NCBI GenBank assembly: GCA_026936335.1
Contig: JAPMXV010000050.1
Span: forward strand, 1 to 64,000
DNA from: Mantamonas sphyraenae STR306
Lineage: Eukaryota > Protista > CRuMs
DNA length: 64,000 nt
Reading direction: 5' to 3'
The notes under the pieces were generated by a model. That model was given only the letters and a program-made list of their open reading frames with translations, had not been told where the DNA came from and ran no database searches. The translations under genes were made by a program, and so were the position numbers. Below are positions 50,801 to 60,938 of this stretch, in pieces; the first letter of the stretch is position 1; each line of letters opens with the position of its first letter.

Positions 50801-52531
50801 GAACACGTGCGTTCAGGCCTCGGTTGCGCCAGTGGCGGCCGTACTGCACGTACGTGCGCACCTGCACACCCGAAAACGAGTACAGCGTACGCCAGCCCTG
50901 GAAGCCGTAGATGTCAAAGCGACGTCCAAAGAACGAGCGGTAGTGCGGATCACCGCCGCTTGAGCATGTCATGCGACGGCGCAGGCTACGCGGCACCGCA
51001 TCAGCCTCCTCGTCCGCCTCCTCGTCTTGCAGCATGCCACGACGACGACGGCGGCGGCGAATACGGCGACCACCACGGCGGCCACCTCGGCGGCCACGAC
51101 GACGACGACGACGCGGCACGGTGATGCAGCGACGGCGTGTCAGCCAGAAGCGCCAGCTAGCCTGCTTGCGCTTGAAGAAGCGCGTAAAGTCTGCGGCGCG
51201 AGCCTTCTGCCAGCGCTTGTACAGACGGCGCACATAGGCAATGGTCTGCTTGCGGTTCTGCGACAGCTTGCACATGCTTGCAGACTTGGCACATGCCTTG
51301 CCGGCGTTCAGGTCCGACGACAGCTGTGCGTTGTGTTGCGCACGCAGTTCAGCCCACGTCGGCACGCTCACCGCAGAGCGGCTGCGATCGAACGAGCGAT
51401 AGCAGAACTTGGGTCCGCGGAAGCGCTTGAGGATGGCACGCTCCTGCGCGGCCTCGATGCGTGCCTGCTTGCGGAACTTGAGCATGATGTTGGCCACATC
51501 GTTGAACGAATACTGCAGCAGTCGCTTCTGCGTGTAGCGGAAGCATCGCGCGAACCGGTTCTTGTACAGCTGGTTGCTGCGCGCAGCAGGAAGCTTGTCG
51601 CTGAACTTCATCAGCACACGTCTGTTTGTCGCAAAGCCCCAAACGCGCCGCGCCGCACGGAAAACCACAGCGTTTTTTCCCAACCGCAAACAAACGCCAA
51701 AACATCGGCCCCACGCACATGTCCCCAATCCGTGTCAGCCTCCACACACATCTCTACGCCTGCGCCTCCTCGCCACCTTCCTGCACATCTCCTCCTCAAC
51801 CCGCGGCCGCCCTCATGCCGCCGCCTGCGCAGCCTCAACACTCCTTCGGCACGATGCTCCCGCTCCTCGCCGGAAATGCACGCCCCCCGTTTTTCCAACC
51901 TACCGCTTGCTCAGGGGCTCCACAAACAGCTTCTTGCATGTCTTTGACGGCTGCGTGATCTGTTCGTCGTCAAGGACCTGTGCGTATCCACACGTGTCAG
52001 CCTCCTGCCTTGTACGACCGCCGCGAGCTCGCCGCAACTCTACGATTTCCCTCTTCCCTTCTTTTCGCCCTTGCGCCCCTGCGCCGCCCACCTACCTCCT
52101 GCAGCGAGCCATACGGCGCCGAAGAGTCCTCGACAGCCTCGTCGGAGCTCGAGGCGTCCTCCACATCGGTAGAGCTGTGTGTGTGTGTGCCGTCCTCCCT
52201 CGTGTCAGCCCTCTGCCGTTCCATCCAAGAGGGAACGTAGCCTTTTTCACTCACCTTGCCAATTCCTCCGTGTCCTCCACAGACATGCCCATTACGGGCG
52301 TCGTGTCCATGGCATCCACCTGTGTGTGTCCCGTGTCAGCTACGCCTCCCTGCCGCCCTTCCGCCCGCTGCGTCCGGCCCTCGCGAAAAACAAGCCTGGT
52401 GTTTTTTCGCCCCGCCCGCGATTATCGTGCCCCTCCGCTCTCGCCCCGCGCGTCCCACGCCCGCTTTCACAACTCACAAAGCTGGCGGCTCCGACCAAAA
52501 AGAGCAGCAGAATAAGAATTCCGTGTTTCAT
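41814..52531 (-). CDS. Giant (~3359 aa) secreted Arg/Lys-rich protein with six GDPH-containing VWD/C8-like repeats and polybasic repeat blocks
   Basis: Exons 52531-52478, 52319-52255, 52174-52096, 51977-51904 and 51621-41814 join in frame with GT-AG introns; signal peptide MKHGILILLLFLVGAASFVDA; six C..(T/S/G)GDPHYR(S/T)F.GR repeats; strong codon bias. Confidence 0.85.
43808..44160 (-). repeat. Coding tandem repeats: 54-bp unit (GRFVRKVVRKARRVVRRR) about x4 and 51-bp unit (RPILRRVVRRVRRVVRR) about x2
   Basis: Repeated cgacgacgcaccacacggcgggccttgcggacaaccttgcggacgaagcg and aggatcgggcgacg units. Confidence 0.9.
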
Positions 52532-52755
52532 CTGTGCTTGCGTCTCTGAAAACAGGTTGGCGAGTCTCAAACTGAATTGGGTGTTGCGTCTTTTCTTCTT
52601 TTGTTGCAATACCACACGTTTGTCCGGGTTTGATTGCTCCAATCGAAAAGAGTTTGAGAAGGTGATGAAACGAGGTTTGGTTTGGTTTGGGGTTGCCGCG
52701 AGGCAGAGATGAGTTTTTTGGTTGGCGTCTTCCGCGCAGCTGCCGCGACGGCCCT

Positions 52756-53628
52756 TCACACTTCCCCGTTTGCCCCCGCCTCCTCCACCTCCATCTCGTT
52801 TCCACTCTCCGGCTCGCCGCTCTCCTCCCTTTTGTCCTCCTCTTGCGGTTCCGCCTCCTCTCGCTTGTCCTCTTCCGTGCTCCCCGCCGCCTGTGCAGCC
52901 TCCACGTCTCCTCCGTCCTCCGCGTGTTCCCCTTCCGCCTGCTCCTCTGTGATCTCCTCCGCCGCGGCCTTGCTGTTTGCACTTTCCACTTCCATGGCCG
53001 AGTCGCCTGCAGCCACTCGCTCAGCCTCGGCCTCGCTCTCTGCGCGGATCTGCTCACGAGCTGCCTCGATTTCCGCTTCGATCTCCAGGAACAGTTCTTC
53101 GTCCACGTCGTCAATGAAGCTCTTGCGCAGCTTGGCCATTTTAGCTTCCAGTCGAGCCTGCCGAGCCGCCTCGCGCGCTGCCTCCTTCTCCTTCAGGTGG
53201 AACACATCGTCGTATTGCTGCACAAAGATCATGTATGTGTCCTCTCCGTACCGCTTGTACCAGCTCTTGTAGTTGTGTTCAAAGTTAAAGTACCCTCCAA
53301 ACCGGTGCACAAACTCGCCTACAACAGCGGCCATCGGCGTCACCGGCACCCGTTGCGCACATGGAACGGATCCGTAAGCACCTCGCGCACAAACATGCAC
53401 AACTCGCTCGGCAGCAGCTCCGCCTCTGGATGGCTCTTCATGTACAGTACCATCAGATCCATCACCCATTGTGTCCCCGAGCTTGTCCCTTCCCCCTCCG
53501 CCGCCGCCGTCCCGTTGCTTGCCGCTGTTCCCACAGAACTCACCGACCCAGCACGTGTCCGTGTGCTCCCTTGTGCCCCTTGTGTCTGCGATGCCAATAC
53601 GTCACCTCCGTTGCTGCTGCTGCTGCTA

Positions 53629-53659
<31 letters not shown>

Positions 53660-54965
53660 GGGTGGTTGTACCAGTACTGGACGCGTTTGCGGCCAATTCG
53701 CTGTCGTTCTCCTCCATGGCATCCACCTCCACCGCCCCCTTTGTTTCCTCACTGTCCTTTTGCACGAGTGTGTCGTCGCCATCGCCCCCCTCCTCCTCCT
53801 CCGACACTTCCGACATAGATTCAGAGGCAGCCTCTTCTCCGTCGTCGTCGGTGGTCATCAGGTCGTGGTCCTCATACACATCCTCCAGGGCGTCCAACTG
53901 CAGGAGTTGCGCCTGGAATGCAAGCTCCTCCGCTGGCTTGCCGTGTGTCTCCCGTAGCGTGTCCATCAGCTCCCTCACCACGCGCGCCTGCTCCTTCAAC
54001 ACCTCGTACAGGTCGCACAGCTCGTTCACCTCCGCTTTGAGCTGCTGCACATTGATTTCCCCCAGCATTTCCGTCTCGTCTGTAAGCAGTGTCTCCTTGG
54101 CGTCCACCCGTTGCACCTCTTCGCGAGCCTGCAGCAGTTTGCCCTCCACCTCGACCGCCATTTTGTCGCACGCCGCAAAGTGCTTGTCCAGCAGATTGAC
54201 CATACGCCGCAGATGGCGCAAGTCTTCAGTTTGGAATGTGGCATACCGGCCGATAAAGTGCAGGATGTGCTCCAGCTTCGTCAGCGTCAGATGCCCTTCC
54301 CAGTCCGCCGGTATCCGCTCCCTGTCCTCGTCTGTGATCTTGCGCCGCACCGTGTCATTCAACTCACGCACCATCATGCGATACTTGGCGCGTGTCTTCT
54401 TCAGAGGGTCGTACTGCTCCACCTTCTTGTCTGCCGCAACCTTCTTTTTCATCATCATCGGCGGCGGCGGTGGCGCTGCTGCCCGACGCGGCGCTGGTGC
54501 AGGTGGGGCGTTCGAGGCCATCACCTTTTTGGACGCCCCATTTGTGTCTCCACTTTCCTCCACATCCATGCTTGTGCCCACGTCTCCCAACGCCGCAGCG
54601 GCTTCTCGCGCACGCCGCTCCGCTTCCTGCTGCAAACTCCTCTTCTGCTGCTCCTCCTTGTGCCGTTCCAGCCTGATCCGTTCCAGCCGCGCCGCCAGGT
54701 CTCCGATTTTGCCTTTGCTGCTGCTCTCCTCTTTGGGCTCGCTCGCTGTCTTCTGCGACGGCGTCTCCTGCGCCTCGCCGCTCGTCTCTTCTTGCCTGTC
54801 CTGCACTGTGAATTCTGCCTTGTCTTCCTCCTCCTCCTCCTCCACCTTGGCCCTCTTGTCGTCCTGTTTCAGTTCCTCCTCGCTCTCAGACTCGACGATG
54901 CGCATGCCGTCCACTGCCGACGTATGCTCGCTGGACGATTCTTCGATTTCGTCTCGCTTGCTCAT
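52756..54965 (-). CDS. Acidic coiled-coil hypothetical protein; apparent 1-nt frameshift at ~53350
   Basis: ORF 53340-54965 and ORF 52756-53469 join seamlessly (...HVRNG-VPVTPMAAVVGEF...) if one G is added to a GGG run. Confidence 0.65.
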
Positions 54966-55146
54966 GCCTCACCTCTCCCTTGGCGCTGTCTGCGCCACCC
55001 AAAGCTCTCCCAGTACGTGCCAGCCCACGCCTCCACGCCGTCTTTGCCCACGCCTGCGTCACACGCACTCACTCACACGCACACGTACACCTCGTTTGCC
55101 GTCTGCCACACACACTGCACCTCCACCTGGCCTTGCGCAGCTAGCA

Positions 55147-58100
55147 ATGTCGGCGGAATCCATTCTTGCCCTCCTCGACGAGTCTGAGCAAGAGCTCAAG
55201 GTCTATGCCCTGCGCAAGATCAACGACATCGTCGATGTCTCCTGGGCCGAGGTGGCCGACTATGTCGACGACATGTATGTTTTGCCGTCCGTGGCAGACC
55301 CTCCTGCTTCTGCCTTTGCCTCCCTCGTCCCCCTTTCCGGCCCTCTCGTCACTGTCGATCCCGCTGACCCGTCCCGTCTCCGCCGCTATGGCCTCTTCCC
55401 ATCCCCGTTCGCCTGTCACCGCAGTGGTGCACTGTCCGAAGACTCGGATTTCCAGCACAACAAGCTGGCTGCCCTCGTTGCTGCCAAGGTCTGTGCCCGT
55501 TTTCAGGCTCCCCGCGCGCGCGCCAACCACCGCGCGTCCGATTCCGGCAGCTCCGCTCACACCCCCTGTGCTCACACGCCGTCCACTTACGTCCGCAGGT
55601 CTATTACCATCTCGGTGCATACAACGAGGCCTGCTCCTACGCCCTCCTTGCGGGCGACCAGTTTGACGTCACGGAGCGCTCCCAGTTTGTCGAGACGGTG
55701 ATCTGTGCGTTGTGCCAATTCCTCCCGCGTTTCCGTCGCCTCGCCCACCTCCCGCCTCCACACCGTCCTCTCCACACCCACATGTGCCCGCCATCCTCCT
55801 GCATACGTCATCGTGCTCCTCCCTTGCCCATTCCACGCCTCGGAAATGCCCAGACACACGCCGTGGCGCCCCCGTTCCAGTCTCGGCCGAACGCCGCCAA
55901 AAACCGAGCGCGTGGAGAATGCCATCCGCAGCAGCCGGCCCTTTCGACGCTCCCCGCTTGCCATCATCACACGCTGACACAACGTCCTCCCACTCCCTAA
56001 CATTGTCCATTCGCACTCCGCGCACCCGGCATCCTTGCGCAGCCAACTGCATCGACTCGTACATCGAGAAGCAGGTGGAAAATGCCGAAGCTGCGCTGCG
56101 CCACAAGCTGCTCGAGGAACAGGGCGACGAGCCGCCGCGTGAACTCGTGCTTGCAGAAATCGACCCCAACCTCGAGCAGGTGGTGGAACGCATGTTCCAG
56201 CGCTGTTTCGACGACGGAGAGTTCAAGCAGCCCATCGGCATTGCCCTTGAGGCACGCCGTTTGGACATTCTGGAAAAGGCCATTGCCCTCGCAGGCGAAG
56301 CCAGCGGAGACGCACAGGCCACCGTCTCCGAGTACCTGTCGTACACATACACCCTGTGTGTCACCAACGTCGTCGGCTCCCGAGAGTTTCGCCAAAGCAT
56401 CATGCGCTACCTTGTGCGCAAGTACCAGAGTCTCGAGGTGCCCGACTACGTCAACATGTGCCAGTGCCTCGTCTACCTCGACGACCCGTCCACCGTTGCC
56501 TCCACCCTCGTTTCCCTCCTCAAGAGTGGCTCCGAGGGCGACGAGCTCCTCGCCTACCAGATCGCCTTTGATTTGTGCGACACAGCAACCCAGAAATTCA
56601 CCATCAGCATCCGCGAAAACCTGCCTTCGCCCGCTGCCAGCAGCAGCAGCAGCAACAGCAGCAACAGCGAAGGTGATGACGCCCAGCAGGAGGACACAGA
56701 CAACGCCGAGTTTGCCGCTCGTCTCAAGAAGCTAGACATGATCCTGCAGGGCGAGACCTCGATCAATCTCTACCTCTCCTTCCTGTGCCGCAACAACAAC
56801 ACGGACATCCGCATCATGAACAACACCAAGGACGCACTCGAGGTGAAGAACTCGGTGCTCAACCTGGCCGCCATCTTGTGCAACGGCATCATGCACAGCG
56901 GCACCACCGTGGACACTTTTCTGCGCAAGAACATGCAGTGGCTGTCTCGCTGCAAGAAGTGGGCCCAGTTCTCCGCCGTAGCCTCGCTGGGCATCATCCA
57001 CTATGGCCACATGAGCGAAGGCCAAAAGGTGCTCCAGCCATACCTGCCCGGAGGCGCCAACACGGGCGGACCTGGCTCCCCGTACAGTGAGGGCGGCTCT
57101 CTGTACGCCGTGGGCCTCATGCACGCCAACCATAGCCGTCCGGACACCATCGACTACATGTGCACGCAGCTGCAGGCTGCCGCGGGACGCGAGCCCGTCA
57201 TCCACGGCGCCTGCCTGGGCCTCGGCGCAGCCGCCATGGCCACAGGCAACCAGGGTGTGGTCAACCAGCTGCGTGATATCCTGCACAGCAACGACGCAGT
57301 GGCGGGCGAGGCCGCAGCCCTGGCCATCGGTTTGGTCATGGTGGGCACAGCCGACGAGCTCACCCTGAACGACTTTCTGGGCACCGCACACAACACCGAG
57401 CACGAAAAGATCATCCGCGCCATCGGCATGGCCTTTGCCATGATCAACTACGGCCGTGAGGAGGAGGCCGACGTGATGATCGAGCAGCTCAGCAGCGACA
57501 AGGACCCCCTGCTGCGCTTTGGAGGCATGTACACCATTGCCATGGCGTACTGCGGCACACGCAACAACAAGGCCCTCCGCAAGCTGCTGCACTTTGCCGT
57601 CAGCGATGTCAACGACGACGTGCGCCGCGCCGCCGTTACAGCCATCGGCTTCTTGCTCTTCCGCGAGCCCCAAATGTGCCCCAAATTTGTGTCGCTGTTG
57701 GCCAAGTCGTACAACCCGCACGTGCGCCACGGCGCAGCCACCGCACTGGGCATTGCTTGCGCAGGCACAGGCCTCAAGGAGGCGCTGGACATTCTGGAGC
57801 AGCTCACCGAAGACCAGAGCGACTTTGTGCGCCAGGGCGCACTCATCTCCATGGCCATGATCCTGATGCAGCAGAACGAGAAGCAGGAGCCGCGCGTGAA
57901 AAAGGTGCGCGAGATGTACGCCTCGATCATCGCCAACAAGCGCGAGCCAACCATGGCCAAGCTGGGTGCCATTCTGGCCACAGGCATCATCGATGCAGGC
58001 GGACGCAACGTGACCATCAGTCTGCTCACACGCACGGGCCACAAGAACATGGAAGCCATTGTCGGCCTGGCCCTATTCACCCAATTCTGGTACTGGTATC

Positions 58101-58831
58101 CGCTCACGCACTTTATCAGCATGGCCTTTTCGCCCACCGCGCTCATTGGCTTGAACAAAGACCTGCAGGTGCCCAAGATGGAGTTTACCTCCAACGCCGC
58201 ACCCTCCATGTTTGCGTACCCGGAGCCCATCAAGGCACCGGAGAACAACAAGAAGGAAAAGAAGGGCAAAGCCGTGCTGAGCTTCACAAACAAGGCACGC
58301 AATCAGGACGGCTCACTGGCGTCTGCAAACACCCTGCGCAACGCCCTGACCGAGGAGGAGGAGCCCAAGGACGACGACAAGACAAGCGCAGCCGGTGACA
58401 AGACCGACGCCATGGAGGAGGACGGCGTGGGTCCCACCGCAACTTCAGGCGCTGACGCAGACAAAGGAAAAGACAAGGCCGACGAGGAGAACGGCGAGGA
58501 CGACAAGGAGCAGGCAAACCAGGCGCAGGAGCAGGAGCCCCAGTTTGAGGTGCTGAACAACCCGTCGCGCGTTACCGTCAGCCAGCGCTCGGTGGTGCAA
58601 TTTAACGAAGGCCGCTACGAGCCGGCCGTGGAGGGATATGTGTTTGGCATCACCATGCTGCAGGACAACACCCCCGAGGAAAAAGTGGAGCTGGCAGATA
58701 TTGTCCTGGTCAAGGCCAATGGTGGCTCCAGCAGCAGCTCCAGCGGAAGTGCAGCTGCAGACGCCATGGAAGAGGATGAGGGCGAGGAGCCGCCGCCTCC
58801 CGAAGACTTTGACTACCCTGCCGCGTCGTGA
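55147..58831 (+). CDS. RPN2: 26S proteasome regulatory subunit Rpn2/PSMD1
   Basis: ILALLDE..ELKVYAL; SKV-like AAKVYYHLG; HSGTTVDTFLR; PC repeats HGACLGLG; AVSDVNDDVRRAAV; FWYWYPL; introns 55275-55424, 55489-55598, 55705-56042. Confidence 0.97.
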
Positions 58832-59122
58832 GCTCAGAGAAATGGACGAGAATTCAACCCCTCGCTTCTTTGTCGCATGCATGGTTGCCCATGCATGCAA
58901 AGGGGAGATGTGCATATGATGCATGCGACCTCCGGACAAGCGTGTCCCGCGTTTGCGACACGAAAACGGGGGGAAAGGCGTCGGAACCCGGCGAATTCGG
59001 GAAGCCAATTCACTCTTCCTTGGAAATGAAAAGGGATGCTGCGTCCGCCACGCCGGCTCACCCAACCAAACCAACCAAAAAGTCAAGCAACACTCGTATC
59101 ATCGAGGTCCAAAGAGAACATC

Positions 59123-60238
59123 ATGGACAAGTTTGACTACCTGCTTCTTGTGCACGAGCTGCGGAAGGAAAAGGGCAAAGTTGCTCAGCAAGCTTTGGAC
59201 CGAATGCCGTCGGAAGAGTCACTGCAGGAGGTGGTGGACATGTTCAAAGCCAAGACGTCGTACAAGCGCCAGCCATGTGGCAAGTGCGGGATGGACAATG
59301 TGCGTGTGTGCGATTTCGGCGAACGGTGTCTGCTTGGAGAGGAGTGCCTCTGGCACCATTGCGAGCTCTGCGTCATCTGTGAGCAAGAGGTTCACGTGGA
59401 CCACGTGGGGTACGGCGTGGAGGGATGTGAGCATCGCATGTGCCGTCGATGTGTCCTGATGGATCTGGACGGCATGCTTCGACAGAGCATTTTTCCACTC
59501 AAGTGCCGCATGTGCAAGGCCGAGGGCCACGAGGTGGAGATCCCTACTCTCCGTGCACAGCAAATTCTGGATGAAGAGGAAGACGCGGACACGCAGAAAC
59601 GATTGACGGCGCTCGAGAGGAGTTTCCTTGGATGGCACCCATGCATTGCACCCAATTGCACGGGTGCCTGCGATCCCAATGACATCGATGACGACGACAC
59701 CAAGTGTACATGCAGCGATTGCGGGTTTGAGTGGTGCCACGAGTGCCAGGTGCAGTGGATGGAGGAGATCGAGGTCGAGGTCGAGGTTGAGGCTGAGGCT
59801 GAGGCTGAGGCTGAGGCTGAGGCTGAGGCTGAGGCTGAGGCTGAGGCTGAGGCTGAGGCTGAGGTTGAGGCTGAGGCTGAGGCTGAGGCTGAGGCGGATG
59901 CTGAGGCTGAGGCTGAGACTCAGGCCGAAGAGACTCAGGTCGAAGAAGCTCAGGTCGCACAGCCAGCTGTGCAAACCGTGGTCGAGCTACGGGAAACGGA
60001 GCACAACTGTACAGAGTTCCAGGCTCGAAAGGGTGATCGACTGCTCGATGAGCTCATTTCCGAGTATGGGTGGCGAAAGTGTGGCGTTTGCGGCTACGCC
60101 ATCGAGAAAACTGAAGGATGCAACCACGTGGCGTGCCGATGTGGTCACCACATCTGCTTCAAGTGCGGCGAGGTCTTTGACGAGTCCAACGCATGCTACA
60201 CACACATGGACGAGGAGCACGGAGGACACAGCACATGA
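59123..60238 (+). CDS. RBR (RING1-IBR-RING2) E3 ubiquitin ligase
   Basis: RING1 CVIC...CEHRMCRRC...CRMC; IBR CIAPNC...CSDCGFEWCHEC...HNC; RING2 KCGVC..IEKTEGCNHVACRCGHHICFKC. Confidence 0.9.
   Translation: MDKFDYLLLVHELRKEKGKVAQQALDRMPSEESLQEVVDMFKAKTSYKRQPCGKCGMDNVRVCDFGERCLLGEECLWHHCELCVICEQEVHVDHVGYGVEGCEHRMCRRCVLMDLDGMLRQSIFPLKCRMCKAEGHEVEIPTLRAQQILDEEEDADTQKRLTALERSFLGWHPCIAPNCTGACDPNDIDDDDTKCTCSDCGFEWCHECQVQWMEEIEVEVEVEAEAEAEAEAEAEAEAEAEAEAEAEVEAEAEAEAEADAEAEAETQAEETQVEEAQVAQPAVQTVVELRETEHNCTEFQARKGDRLLDELISEYGWRKCGVCGYAIEKTEGCNHVACRCGHHICFKCGEVFDESNACYTHMDEEHGGHST
59771..59917 (+). repeat. (GAGGCT)n hexamer microsatellite encoding (EA)n
   Basis: About 24 GAGGCT/GAGGTC/GAGGTT units. 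Confidence 0.95.
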
Positions 60239-60312
60239 TTCGAGCGTGAAAATGAACGCCGCTCAGATCCACCAAACAACATTGTTGCCGCCCCGCTTCA
60301 TTCATCAACACC

Positions 60313-60907
60313 TCACCTCCCTCCGATACTCCCAGTACGGCTTTTGCCACTGTTGCTTCTCTTCTGCATGGTCGTGAACGACCGCTGGACCTTTGTCGTC
60401 AACACCTCCTCATCCTCCTCACCATCGTCCTCCTCTCCTCCTTCCCGATCGAACGACGACCTGCGCTGCGATGTGCTCCTTTTGGCCCCCGTGTTCCTCT
60501 CTTCGCGTCCATCCAGCGCCCCACGCCGGGTCCGCGTCGTTGTGCTTGTGCTTGTGCTTGTCGCACCCGTGCTTTTGGTTCCCTGCCTCGACGCACACAC
60601 CTTTTTGTGTGCCTTCCACGCATCCAGTTGGCATTCCTGCGAGCAGTAGCCATCCTGCATGCACCCGGAACACAGCTGGAATTCGTAGGGCGTCTTTTCA
60701 ACCTTTGCACATCCGCTATTCCCACACTCCCGCAGCTGCACCGATCCCACACCACGCCCTGTCGCCTGTTTCTCCTTCTCCTCCTGCGTCTCCTTCTTGC
60801 CCTCCTTCTTGCCCTCCTTCTTACTGTCCTTCTTCTTTTTCTTAGAGAACAACCCAAAGCGCTTCTTTCCGTCGTCATCGTCACCATCGCCTCCACCACT
60901 GCCACCA

Positions 60908-60938
<31 letters not shown>

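Noticed and set aside
41601-50963. 3120-aa + strand ORF as a real gene
   Set aside because: It is the exact codon-register antisense of the giant gene, explained by avoidance of TTA/CTA/TCA, and has no recognisable motifs
52687-55146. 1004-aa + strand ORF upstream of RPN2
   Set aside because: Antisense shadow of the acidic minus-strand gene; only the part from ATG 55147 is RPN2
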